Under the pieces are notes generated by a model. It saw nothing but the letters and a program-made list of their open reading frames with translations, was not told where the DNA came from and did no database searches. A stretch of DNA of 64,000 bases, from NCBI GenBank assembly GCA_965246885.1, contig OZ251992.1, positions 768,001-832,000 on the forward strand, read 5' to 3'. The stretch is from Abditibacterium sp. GTDB taxonomy: Bacteria > Armatimonadota > Abditibacteriia > Abditibacteriales > Abditibacteriaceae. Positions 9,878 through 19,152 of the stretch are shown one piece after another (the first letter of the stretch is position 1; every line of letters begins with the position of its first letter). A program made the translations under genes and the position numbers.

Positions 9878-10692
9878 AAACTGCTCCAAAGACCAACCTT
9901 CTCACCGTCAAACCCGGCCACAAGCTGCGCCTCAAAGATGTGGACGCTTCAGCCAAGGGCGCCTACAAAGCCAAAGATGACACCCGCGACCGGCTGGACG
10001 CCCTCCTTAAGCGGCGCGACGCCTTGCAAGAGCGGCTCTACGCCGAAGGCAAGCAAAGCCTGCTCGTCGTGTTCCAAGCGATGGACACCGGCGGCAAAGA
10101 CGGCGCCACCAAGCACCTCTTGGAAGGCCTGAACCCCGCCGGTTGCACCGTCTCCGCGTTCAAAGCGCCCACCAGAACCGAGATGGCCCACGACTTCCTG
10201 TGGCGCATCCACGCCGCCACGCCCGAAAAGGGCTTCATCGGCGTGTGGAACCGCTCGCACTACGAAGATGTGCTCATCGCCCGCGTGCATGAGCTTGTGC
10301 CCGAACAGGTCTGGCGCGCGCGTTACCGCCAAATCAACGACTTCGAGGAGATGCTGTCCGAAACCGGCACCACCATCCTCAAGTTCTACTTGCACATTTC
10401 CAAAGACGAGCAAAAGGCCCGCTTGGAAGCGCGCTTGGCCGACCCCGACAAGCATTGGAAGTTCAACGTCGCCGACCTCTCCGAGCGCAAGCTGTGGGAC
10501 AAATACCAAGCCGCCTATGAGGATGCCGTCAACGAGTGCTCGACAGAGTTCGCGCCTTGGCACGTCGTCCCCGCCAACCACAAGTGGGCGCGCGACATCG
10601 CCGTCGCCGAGCGCGTCAACGCCGCGTTGGAGGCGATGAACCCGCGCTTTCCCGACATCCACTTCGACCCGAAAGCGGTCGTTGTGGAGTAG
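9874..10692 (+). CDS. ppk2: Polyphosphate kinase 2 family protein
   Basis: FQAMDTGGKDG, FKAP, HDFLWR, WNRSHYEDVL, KFYLHISKDEQ; GTG start overlaps the mqnA TGA. Confidence 0.93.
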   Translation: MKTAPKTNLLTVKPGHKLRLKDVDASAKGAYKAKDDTRDRLDALLKRRDALQERLYAEGKQSLLVVFQAMDTGGKDGATKHLLEGLNPAGCTVSAFKAPTRTEMAHDFLWRIHAATPEKGFIGVWNRSHYEDVLIARVHELVPEQVWRARYRQINDFEEMLSETGTTILKFYLHISKDEQKARLEARLADPDKHWKFNVADLSERKLWDKYQAAYEDAVNECSTEFAPWHVVPANHKWARDIAVAERVNAALEAMNPRFPDIHFDPKAVVVE

Positions 10693-10704
10693 AGCGTCGG
10701 GGCT

Positions 10705-11550
10705 TCAATACTCCTTTTGCGCGACATCCAGTGGAATCCCATCGCCGGGGAAAGTCGGCGGGATGGGCTGCAAGATGCGGCGGCGCTCCGGGGTAAGCGA
10801 CGCGAGGAACTCCGTCGGATAAACGTAGCCAAAGCGCGAGGCGCCCCAAATGGGGCCGTAGCGGTAGATGGTGACGCGGCGCTCGCCGGGGTTGACGCGG
10901 CTCGAACCGCCGTGCATCAGGCCGTCGGCGAACAAGAGGGCGTCGCCTTTGTCCATGTGGAGCGGGATGGCGCCTTCGAGGGCGTCCATGCGAGCGCCGC
11001 CGTGATAATCGCCGTGACCGGGGTGCGGGAAATGGGATTTGTGCGAGCCGGGAATAACCATCGTCGGGCCGTCGCCTTCGTGTACGTCGGAGACGGCGAG
11101 GATGATATTGATTTGGCCGCAGCGAAACACGCCGTCCTCGTAGCGGTATTTGCCGCGCGAGGCGCCCCGATAGCCGCCAGAGTGCACCGGGTGGTGCCCG
11201 CCGCTTTCGCGGATGGAAGCGATGGACTCGTCAATGAACAGCCCCGCGACGTAGGAGTGCTCTTCGCCGCCGTAGTGCCGCACGAGTTCGATCCACGCGG
11301 GGTGGTCTATCAATTCCGCGAATGGTTCGCCAAGGGTGACGGCTTGGTGAAGTTCCATGCCGGTGTGGGGGTTGTAGTCGCGGCGCTGGGCGGCGCCCAG
11401 CCATGCGCCGATGGGCAAGTCGCGCGGAAACTCGTCGAAGCGCGCGTTGAGTCGGGCCAGCAAGTCGGCATCGGCGGCGCCCTTGAGAATTAAAAAGCCG
11501 TTGAGGTCGAAGAAGAAATCGTCGCGCGCGTTGGGTTGGCGGGTCTGCAT
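10705..11550 (-). CDS. Phytanoyl-CoA dioxygenase (PhyH) family Fe(II)/2OG enzyme with H-S-G in place of H-x-D
   Basis: FDLNGFLIL, LIDHP, HSGG, DGPTMVIPGSHK, GDALLF..GLMHG, RR. Confidence 0.82.
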   Translation of the reverse strand: MQTRQPNARDDFFFDLNGFLILKGAADADLLARLNARFDEFPRDLPIGAWLGAAQRRDYNPHTGMELHQAVTLGEPFAELIDHPAWIELVRHYGGEEHSYVAGLFIDESIASIRESGGHHPVHSGGYRGASRGKYRYEDGVFRCGQINIILAVSDVHEGDGPTMVIPGSHKSHFPHPGHGDYHGGARMDALEGAIPLHMDKGDALLFADGLMHGGSSRVNPGERRVTIYRYGPIWGASRFGYVYPTEFLASLTPERRRILQPIPPTFPGDGIPLDVAQKEY

Positions 11551-11631
11551 AGTGTTGAATTCCAATACAGCACACATTTTAGCGCGCCCAAACGCTTCTG
11601 TTTCGCACGCGTCCCTAAAGTTTCTCCCGTA

Positions 11632-11682
11632 TCCTCAGCGCAAAGCCGCGCTTCGAAGGGAAGTGCGGCTTTGCGCTGAGGA
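11632..11682. terminator. Long hairpin (about 23-bp stem) between co-oriented genes
   Basis: tcctcagcgcaaagccgcgcttc / gaagtgcggctttgcgctgagga. Confidence 0.55.
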
Positions 11683-11693
11683 GTTGGCGACCT

Positions 11694-12254
11694 TTACGAA
11701 TACGGAATTGCCGTTACCGACGGCTTCGCTCCAGTCGTGATGGGGGCCGTCGTTGCCGTTGGTTCCGGTGTTGTGGTGGGCGCCGATGTGGGCGTGGCGG
11801 TCGGACGTGGCGTCCTTGTGGGTTCCGGCTGTCTCGTCGGGCGCGGGGTGTGCGTCGCGTGTGGTATGCAGGTCGGGCGCGGGGTGGGGGTCACGCTTGG
11901 ATCGGGAGTCGGGCGCGGCGTACGCGTTGGCTCTGGCTGTCTGGTTGGACGCGGCTTGTGCGTTGGCTCCGGTGCTTCCGTTGGATGGGGGGCGTGCGTC
12001 GGGCGCGGAGTGGGCGTCACGTTCGGGTTGGGCGTCGGACGCGGGGTGCGCGTCGGGCGCGGGGTGCGCGTCGGGCGCGGCGTGCGGGACGGTTCAGGCG
12101 AGTGTTGCGGACGCGGCGTCAACGTGTTGGCGCCCGCGCTGTTCCCGTCACCGTCTGGGTGCGCGAAAGAAGCGCCGACGGCGAAAACGGATAGTGACAA
12201 GGCCATCCCTGTCGCCAGCAGAACCGAAGATTGCGTTTGTGCGCGGTTTTTCAT
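11694..12254 (-). CDS. Secreted Pro/Thr/Arg-rich repetitive protein with no visible folded domain
   Basis: Signal-like N-terminus, then TPRP/PTRQPEP repeats; SD-like gagga upstream on the minus strand. Confidence 0.7.
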   Translation of the reverse strand: MKNRAQTQSSVLLATGMALSLSVFAVGASFAHPDGDGNSAGANTLTPRPQHSPEPSRTPRPTRTPRPTRTPRPTPNPNVTPTPRPTHAPHPTEAPEPTHKPRPTRQPEPTRTPRPTPDPSVTPTPRPTCIPHATHTPRPTRQPEPTRTPRPTATPTSAPTTTPEPTATTAPITTGAKPSVTAIPYS

Positions 12255-12284
12255 AATGGTTGGATACGTCTTCCTCTATTTACC

Positions 12285-12887
12285 TCAATTCGCTGCCCGA
12301 TGCGATAGTTTCTCCAAAACTAAACGATTCTCCCGATAACGACGCGCCAAGAACTGTTGCATCCCGCTTGGTAGCGTCTTCCAATCGGCGCGGCCCGTTG
12401 GCGCGTAGAAGGGGTTGTAATCGGCGGGCGGCGGGGTATGGGTATGCGGTCGGTGGCGTGGCGGCGGTCCATCCCCGTCGCGGGGCGGGCGCCCCCCCCA
12501 TTCGTCACCTCGCGGCGGCCCCTCGTGGCCTTCCTCGCGCGGCGGGCGGCGGTTGGGACTTACGCCCGTGACCGCTTCCACTTTCTGCGCCAGTTGCCCC
12601 GCTTGCATGTCGCTCATCGTCGGGCGCACGGCCCAAGGTTTCACCAGCGATACCAACTGCCGCGCTTGCGCTTTGGACAATTCGTTTGGGCCGCGCTCCA
12701 ACCGCTCGGCTTCGTGCCATGCATGATCGAGTCTCCCCTTGGGGCCGTGATGGTGCGGCCCGCGCGGGTGTCCTCCCTCGTGCGGCGGCGGGCCGTCATC
12801 GGGAAGCGGTTGCGCGCATGCAAACGGCGCACGAGTGCCTAACAACAAAGGAGCGGCGAGGGCGAAAATGAGCGAAAGTCGTTGCAT
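12285..12887 (-). CDS. Secreted His/Pro/Gly-rich protein; possible CpxP/ZraP-like accessory protein
   Basis: Signal peptide MQRLSLIFALAAP; GPHHHGP; helical LSKAQARQL core; divergent from the CpxRA-like pair. Confidence 0.65.
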   Translation of the reverse strand: MQRLSLIFALAAPLLLGTRAPFACAQPLPDDGPPPHEGGHPRGPHHHGPKGRLDHAWHEAERLERGPNELSKAQARQLVSLVKPWAVRPTMSDMQAGQLAQKVEAVTGVSPNRRPPREEGHEGPPRGDEWGGRPPRDGDGPPPRHRPHTHTPPPADYNPFYAPTGRADWKTLPSGMQQFLARRYRENRLVLEKLSHRAAN

Positions 12888-12976
12888 CGGAAGGCGCCCC
12901 AAAGCGGCGCCTTCTAATCTTCACCATTTTGCCACAACGGAAGGCGAAGCGGGGGTTAATCCCTCTTGGGCGGCGC

Positions 12977-12991
12977 GTAAGATTTCTTAAG
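12977..12991 (+). promoter_or_regulatory. Putative OmpR/CpxR-type binding box
   Basis: GTAAG-N5-TTAAG, resembling the CpxR GTAAA-N5-GTAAA box, between the divergent genes. Confidence 0.45.
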
Positions 12992-13037
12992 CACCTCCTT
13001 ACGGAACGCCCGCGCCGCTCGGCCTACACTGGCAGAC

Positions 13038-13766
13038 ATGGAAGAACGAGAAAACGTGTCCGTCCTCATCGTGGACGACGACGTGAAACTGGGCGACTTG
13101 GTGCGCGAGTATTTGAAGCGCGACGGCATGGACGCGCACCTGATCCACGACGGCGAAAGCGGCCTCGCGCGCGCGCAAAGTGGCGACTACCAAATCGTCG
13201 TCCTCGACGTGATGCTCCCCGGCATCGGCGGTTTTGAAGTCTTGCGCCGTTTGCGCGCGTCGGGCACGTCCACCGCGAAGTTGCCCGTCTTGATGCTAAC
13301 CGCGCGCGGCGACGAACTCGACCGCGTTCTGGGCCTTGAAATGGGCGCCGACGACTACCTCGCCAAGCCCTTTTCGCCGCGCGAATTGGTCGCGCGCTTG
13401 CGGGCCATCTTGCGCCGCGCGAGCGGGCAGGGGTTTGCCTCCGACGACGCGTCCACCAAAGTGTTGCGCGTGGACGACCTCGAACTCGACGCTGGAGCAC
13501 GCGCCGTGCGGCGCGACGGCAAGCGAGTTGACCTGACCGGCGCCGAGTTCGACCTGCTTCGGTTACTCTTGCAAAGCGCCGGGAAAATCGTGGCGCGCGA
13601 GGAAATCTCCCGCGTGGCACTGGGCCGTGAACTGATGCCCTTCGACCGCGCCATAGACGTGCACGTGTCCAACCTGCGGCGCAAAATCGGCCCCGCCGCC
13701 GACGGGAGTGAGCGCCTCAAAGCCATTCGCGGCGTCGGCTACTTGTTCGCGCGCGCCGATAATTAG
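13038..13766 (+). CDS. OmpR-family response regulator (CpxR-like)
   Basis: LIVDDD, LDVMLP, MLTARG, GADDYLAKPF; winged helix ending RAIDVHVSNLRRK...IRGVGY. Confidence 0.95.
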   Translation: MEERENVSVLIVDDDVKLGDLVREYLKRDGMDAHLIHDGESGLARAQSGDYQIVVLDVMLPGIGGFEVLRRLRASGTSTAKLPVLMLTARGDELDRVLGLEMGADDYLAKPFSPRELVARLRAILRRASGQGFASDDASTKVLRVDDLELDAGARAVRRDGKRVDLTGAEFDLLRLLLQSAGKIVAREEISRVALGRELMPFDRAIDVHVSNLRRKIGPAADGSERLKAIRGVGYLFARADN

Positions 13767-13866
13767 GGGAAGAGGTTGGATGCCAAAAGTTAGAGTGGCC
13801 CCTCTGTGTCCACACCGCCTCGCGCTACTTCCTTCTCTTAACCTCTCGTTTCTAACCTCTTCTGTC

Positions 13867-15375
13867 ATGCGGACGCTGTTTTGGAAAATCTTCGCGTGGT
13901 TCGGCGCGGCGCAACTGCTCATTGTCGTCGCGCTGTATCTGCTCGCGTCCGCCACTCAACGTGGCTTCGACCGGGGGCTGGTGCGCACCGTCGGGCAAAG
14001 CCTCGAAGCCCGCTCGCGCGCGGCAGCGGTGGCCTACGAGTTGGGCGGCAACGCGGCTTTACAAGAAGCGTGGCATGCGCGCCCGTCGCACCCCGACGGG
14101 CCACCTCCCGATGATAGCCCGCCGCCGCCGCGCTTTGACGGCGACTCTTCGCCGGGGCCAGCGCCCAAAACTCTTTTCGATGGAGGCGGGCGCCCCGATG
14201 GGCCGCACGGCGGCCCGGACGAGCGCCGCTTCGCGTCGTTGTTCGTGTGGCGTAAAAGCGCGTCCACTCTGCTGATTGGCCCCGGCGTTCCCCCGGATGC
14301 GGCAGGCGTCATTACAGACGCCTTCCAAGCGGGCGAAGCCGTCAGCGACGCGGGCGGACGCTCGTTGTTGGCGCGGCGCGTGCAAACCGATTCCGGCGCG
14401 CTCTACGTCGGCGTTCAGCGCATCAACACGCGCGGTCACGCGTTCGGGCCGCTCCTTCAGTGGCTGCGGCTTGACGCCATGATGCCGATCCGCTTCGGCA
14501 TGGTCGCGGCCTTGATGGGCGCGCTGTGCTTTGGCTTGGCGCGTTACCTGTCGGCGCCTGCCCGCACCCTCGCCGGAGCCACTCGTCAACTGGCCGACGG
14601 CGACCTCTCGACCCGCGTCGGCGCCAAGATGGGCAGGCGCCGCGATGAATTAGCCGACTTGGGCCGCGACTTTGACGCGATGGCCGCGCGCATCGAAGAA
14701 CTCGTCGGCGCCCAGCGCCGCTTGCTTTCCGACATCTCCCACGAACTGCGCTCTCCGCTTGCGCGCCTCAACGTCGCTCTGGAATTGGCGGGAGACTCGC
14801 CCCCCGACGAAGCCGCCCGCTACCACGAGCGCATCCGCGAAGAAAGCGCCGAACTGGACGCCATGATCGGCCAACTGCTGTCGCTCCAGCGCCTCGAAGC
14901 CCACGAAGCCCCCATCGAACGAACGCCGCTCGACCTCGCCGCTTTGGTCAAGGGCATCGCCGATAACGTCGCTTTTGAAGCGCGCGGGCAGGGCACCGAA
15001 GTCGAAGTGCGCCGCCTCGACGCTTGCCAAATGACCGGTGACGCCGCCCTGCTCAAAAGCGCCGTGCAAAACGTGGCGCGCAACGCGGTTCTTCATTCCG
15101 GCCAGAACTGCGTCCACATCGCCCTCGAACGCAACGGCAACGAGGCCCTGCTGTGGGTGCGCGATTTTGGCCCCGGCGTGCCCGACGACGCCCTTGGCAA
15201 AATCTTCGACCCCTTCTACCGCGTCGCGTCCGCCCGCGACCGGCAAAGCGGCGGGACGGGCTTGGGCTTGTCCATCACCAAGCGCGCCGTCCAAGCGCAC
15301 GGCGGAAGCGTGCGCGCCCTCAACGTCCCCGATGGCGGCGGCTTGCGGGTTGAAATCCGCCTGCCGTTACACTAA
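13867..15375 (+). CDS. Membrane sensor histidine kinase (CpxA-like; HAMP, HisKA, HATPase)
   Basis: MRTLFWKIF, DELADLGRDF, SDISHELRSPLARL, NVARNA, DFGPGV, GGTGLGL. Confidence 0.93.
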   Translation: MRTLFWKIFAWFGAAQLLIVVALYLLASATQRGFDRGLVRTVGQSLEARSRAAAVAYELGGNAALQEAWHARPSHPDGPPPDDSPPPPRFDGDSSPGPAPKTLFDGGGRPDGPHGGPDERRFASLFVWRKSASTLLIGPGVPPDAAGVITDAFQAGEAVSDAGGRSLLARRVQTDSGALYVGVQRINTRGHAFGPLLQWLRLDAMMPIRFGMVAALMGALCFGLARYLSAPARTLAGATRQLADGDLSTRVGAKMGRRRDELADLGRDFDAMAARIEELVGAQRRLLSDISHELRSPLARLNVALELAGDSPPDEAARYHERIREESAELDAMIGQLLSLQRLEAHEAPIERTPLDLAALVKGIADNVAFEARGQGTEVEVRRLDACQMTGDAALLKSAVQNVARNAVLHSGQNCVHIALERNGNEALLWVRDFGPGVPDDALGKIFDPFYRVASARDRQSGGTGLGLSITKRAVQAHGGSVRALNVPDGGGLRVEIRLPLH

Positions 15376-18300
15376 TCCCGGCGCGTTCGCGCCGGTGCCG
15401 CGCCCTCGCCCCGCACCATCTCCCCCGCTTCGGCCAAGCGCACGCTCATCAGCGCCGACACCCCCGGCTCTTGTTGCGTCACGCCGTAAAGCACATCCGC
15501 CGCTTGCATCGTGCCGTTATTGTGCGTGATGACGATGAACTGCGTCGTGCCCGTGAACTCCCGCAGCAATTCCGTAAAGCGCCCGACATTGCTTTGGTCG
15601 AGCGGCGCATCCACCTCGTCCAGCACCACAAACGGCGACGGGCGCACCTTCAAGAGCGCCATCATAAACGCCAAGGCCGTCAGCGCCCGCTCGCCGCCAC
15701 TGAGCAAACCGATGTCTTGCGCCGCTTTGCCCGGCAGTTGCACGCGCAGTTCTATCCCGGTTTCAAGCAGGTTCTCCGGGCAGGTCAGCGCCAGCTTCGT
15801 CGCTCCGCCGCCCATCACGCGCACGAAGATGTCCTCAAAAGCGCCTTGCACCGCGCGGAACGTCCCAAGGAACTGCTCGCGCATGCGCCCATCTATCTCG
15901 GCAATGATGGCCTCCAACTCGCTCGCGGCGCCTTCCAAATCGTTCTTTTGCGCCGTCAGAAAGTCCAGCCGCTCTTTCACGGCGTCGTACTGCGCGACCG
16001 CGCCCATGTTGACCGGCCCCAGTTCGTCCAGTCGCGTGCGCAGTTGCTCGATTTCGCGCCTTTCTTTGCCGGGTTCCATTGGCAGGCCCTTCGCCGTGTT
16101 CGCGTCGTCTGGCTCCGTTCCAAATTCCTCGCGCAAGCGCCGCTCCATGTCGCCCACTTCGGCTTCAACTCCGGCCAAGCGCACCTCGACGCGGTGCAGT
16201 TCGTCCTCTTCCGTGTGCAACTGTTCCCGCGAAGTTTTGAGTTGCGCGCTGACCGCTTCCAATTGCCCCAACGCCGCACCGCGCCCCGTCCGCGCCGTAT
16301 TCAACTCCCCTTCGAGTTCATCCCGCCGCGCGCCGTGCGTTTCCAACCGCTCTTGCAAAGCGGCGACGCGGTTCGCCAAGCCGCCGTTTTCGCTTTGGGC
16401 GCGCTCGATTTGCGCGTCTTTGGCGCTGATTTGCCCTTCCAACGCGCGCGCCGCTTTTTCCAGTTCAGCCAATCCCCGCCGTAGCGCGTCCAACCGCTCG
16501 CCGCTTTGCGCCCACCCCTCGCGCACCCCCGCCACTTCATCGCGCACCGCTTCGCGCTCGCCGCTTTGCTCCGCGACCACTTCCGCCGCGCGCGCGACTT
16601 CCTTTTCCAACCGCGTCGCCGCTTCCTCCATGTCGCGCGCCGCTTGCTCGCCGTTCGCTTCGTGCGCGACACGCTCGGATAACTGCCCCTCCAACGCGCG
16701 CGCTTGTCCCACAACCGCTTCGGTTTGTCCCTTGATTCGCCGCACCTCGCGAGCCGCGCCCTCGACTTCCCGCTCGGCGCGCGCCACATGGTTGCCCGCC
16801 TCGCTTTCGGCACTTTGCGCCGCGCGCCACGCTTCCTGCGTTGCCGCAACCTGCGCGTTTGCGTCGGACAGCGCCGTTTCTTGGGCGGTTAACTGCTCCT
16901 CGAAGCCGTTCAAAGCCGCGCCCAATTCGTCCAGTTCCCGCTTGCGCGCGAGCAAGCCGCCCGCCCGGTGCTTGCCCGCGCCGCCGGTGATGGCGCCCGC
17001 CGGAAGCACGAGGTCGCCATCGAGCGATACCAAGCGCGCCCCCGCCTCGCAACGCGGCGCCAAGCGTAGCGCGTCTTCGAGCGTTTCCACGACCAGAAAG
17101 CGGTTCAACAAATACCCGACCGCGTCGTCGTGTTCGGGCTTGCACGATACCAGTTGCGCCGCCGACGCCACGCCCACTACACCCGGTTCACCCAGCAGGC
17201 GCAGCGTCCGCTCGCCCAAGAAAGAGGCCCGCAGCGATGCGAGCGGCAGAAAAGTCGCGCGACCGGCGCGGCGCTCCTTAAGGAAGGCGACCCCCTTGCG
17301 CGCCGCGCCGTCGTCGGGGCAAATCAGGTGGTGCACGCTCCCTCCCAGCGCGATTTCGATGGCCGTTTCAAAGCGCGGCTGAGCGCGGATGGCATCGGCA
17401 ACCGGCAGGTAGTCGGGCGGCAGTTCTCCCCGTCGCACCGCTTCCAATACGCCACGCGCCCCGCCTTGCATGCCTTCCAAGTTCTGCTCCAATTCGCGCA
17501 ACACCTTCGCGCGCGCTTGGAGGGAGGAGCGATTTTCCCGCGTCCGCGCCAATCCTTGCGCGCTGTCCCGCGCTTTGGCTTGTGCTTCTTGCCATGCGGC
17601 ACGCCGCTCTTCCGTTGCCGCGCGCGCGGCTTCCGCTCCGGCGCGTAGCGCGGCGAGAGATTCTTGCGCCGCCGTTTCTCCGCCGCGCGCCGCGAGCAGT
17701 TCCGCATGGAGATTAGCCGTCAACACGCCTAATTCCGCCAATCGCCCGCGTTCGTTTTCCATTCGCGCGCGCGCGGAAGCGGCGGCTTCTCGCATTGCTT
17801 GACCTGCGCGCAGCGTTTCCAACTGCCGCGCTTGCAACGCACCCAATGCGCGTGTCGCATCCGAAAGTTTGGCCGTCGCTTCGCCCAAGCGCGCTTCAGC
17901 CCGCGCCGCTTCGCCTGACAGAGCGCTCGCCTCGCGCGTCGCTTCCTCTAAAGCCTCGCGCGCCGCCGCAACTTCGCCTTGCACGCCTTCCAAGCGAACG
18001 CGCAATACCCCCGCTTCGCGCGCCGCGAACTCCCCGATTTCCCCCAGCGACTTCGCCCGCTCGCGCGCGACGGCCAGTTCTCCTTCGGCCCCCTTCTGCG
18101 CGCCGACCAACTCCGTCAGCCGCCCCGACAGCGCCTCGACTTCCCCTTCCAGCGCCCGCAATCGCTCGGTTCCCGACGCCTCGGCAAGTTCCAACTGCGC
18201 GATTTCCCCGCGCGCCTCGCTCACTTTACCCGCGCTTTCGTCCGCTTTGGCGCGCAGTTCCGCCACTTTCGCGGCCCGCAACGCATAATCGCGCGCCAAT

Positions 18301-18989
18301 ACCGCCAGTTGTAGCTCCCGCAACCGCGCGACGAGGCCATCATACTCCCGCGCGAGGGTCGCTTGCGCTTCGAGCGGCACCAGTTGCGCCTCCAACTCCG
18401 CCACGATGTCCCGCACGCGGGTGAGATCGGCTTCGACGCGCTCCAATTTCTTGCGCGTCTCGCTCCGGCGCGCGTGGTATTTCTGGATGCCCGCCGCGCC
18501 CTCGATTAAACCCCGCCGGTCTTCGGGCTTCGCCGACAAAATGGCGTCTATTTCGCCCTGCGAGATGATGCACAGCGTGTCCGGCCCCACGCCCGTGTCC
18601 AAAAACAAGTCCACCACGTCGCGCAAGCGGCACTTCGCTCCGCACAAGGTGTATTCGCCTTTCCCCCCGTCGCGCAGCAACACCCGCGAGACTTGCACTT
18701 CCTTATAAGGCAAGGGCAGCGCGCCGGACTCGTTGTCGAAGAACAGGTTCACTTCGGCCCGCCCCGTCGCGCGGCGGGTTTGGGTTCCGGCAAAGATAAC
18801 GTCGCTCGCGCTTTGGCCGCGTAGCGCCTTGTTCGAGCGCTCGCCCAAACACCACAAGAGCGCGTCCACGATGTTCGACTTGCCCGACCCGTTCGGCCCG
18901 ACGACGGCGGTGATGCCCGCGCCAAACTCAAGCGTCGTCTCGTCCGCAAACGATTTGAAGCCGGACAAATGAAGTCGGGAAAGTTGCAT
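15372..18989 (-). CDS. smc: Chromosome segregation protein SMC
   Basis: GFKSF, GPNGSGKSN Walker A, hinge GRATFLPL, LSGGE signature, LDEVDAPLD, QFIVITH. Confidence 0.97.
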   Translation of the reverse strand: MQLSRLHLSGFKSFADETTLEFGAGITAVVGPNGSGKSNIVDALLWCLGERSNKALRGQSASDVIFAGTQTRRATGRAEVNLFFDNESGALPLPYKEVQVSRVLLRDGGKGEYTLCGAKCRLRDVVDLFLDTGVGPDTLCIISQGEIDAILSAKPEDRRGLIEGAAGIQKYHARRSETRKKLERVEADLTRVRDIVAELEAQLVPLEAQATLAREYDGLVARLRELQLAVLARDYALRAAKVAELRAKADESAGKVSEARGEIAQLELAEASGTERLRALEGEVEALSGRLTELVGAQKGAEGELAVARERAKSLGEIGEFAAREAGVLRVRLEGVQGEVAAAREALEEATREASALSGEAARAEARLGEATAKLSDATRALGALQARQLETLRAGQAMREAAASARARMENERGRLAELGVLTANLHAELLAARGGETAAQESLAALRAGAEAARAATEERRAAWQEAQAKARDSAQGLARTRENRSSLQARAKVLRELEQNLEGMQGGARGVLEAVRRGELPPDYLPVADAIRAQPRFETAIEIALGGSVHHLICPDDGAARKGVAFLKERRAGRATFLPLASLRASFLGERTLRLLGEPGVVGVASAAQLVSCKPEHDDAVGYLLNRFLVVETLEDALRLAPRCEAGARLVSLDGDLVLPAGAITGGAGKHRAGGLLARKRELDELGAALNGFEEQLTAQETALSDANAQVAATQEAWRAAQSAESEAGNHVARAEREVEGAAREVRRIKGQTEAVVGQARALEGQLSERVAHEANGEQAARDMEEAATRLEKEVARAAEVVAEQSGEREAVRDEVAGVREGWAQSGERLDALRRGLAELEKAARALEGQISAKDAQIERAQSENGGLANRVAALQERLETHGARRDELEGELNTARTGRGAALGQLEAVSAQLKTSREQLHTEEDELHRVEVRLAGVEAEVGDMERRLREEFGTEPDDANTAKGLPMEPGKERREIEQLRTRLDELGPVNMGAVAQYDAVKERLDFLTAQKNDLEGAASELEAIIAEIDGRMREQFLGTFRAVQGAFEDIFVRVMGGGATKLALTCPENLLETGIELRVQLPGKAAQDIGLLSGGERALTALAFMMALLKVRPSPFVVLDEVDAPLDQSNVGRFTELLREFTGTTQFIVITHNNGTMQAADVLYGVTQQEPGVSALMSVRLAEAGEMVRGEGAAPARTRRD

Positions 18990-19020
18990 TGCGCGCCGTG
19001 TCGGTTGCCCTCGTGCCGCC

Positions 19021-19146
19021 TTCTGGCATCGGGGGACAGAAGAAATTCTAACGATTTTCGCCGTTCGTTACCGGAAGAATACCTCCCCGCATCCCATGAT
19101 TTCCTCCCGCCATGCGACGGCGGACGTCTCTCGTCGCGCTACCGCC
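19021..19146. repeat. Highly degenerate 21-nt-period intergenic tract upstream of smc
   Basis: cctccc at 19082 and 19103; contains cggaagaat and gacggcggacgtct, which occur in the other arrays. Confidence 0.4.
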
Positions 19147-19152
19147 ACTCAT

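Noticed and set aside
15471..17382. Long plus-strand ORFs of 337 and 623 aa
   Set aside because: Antisense shadows of smc caused by high GC; no recognisable motifs.
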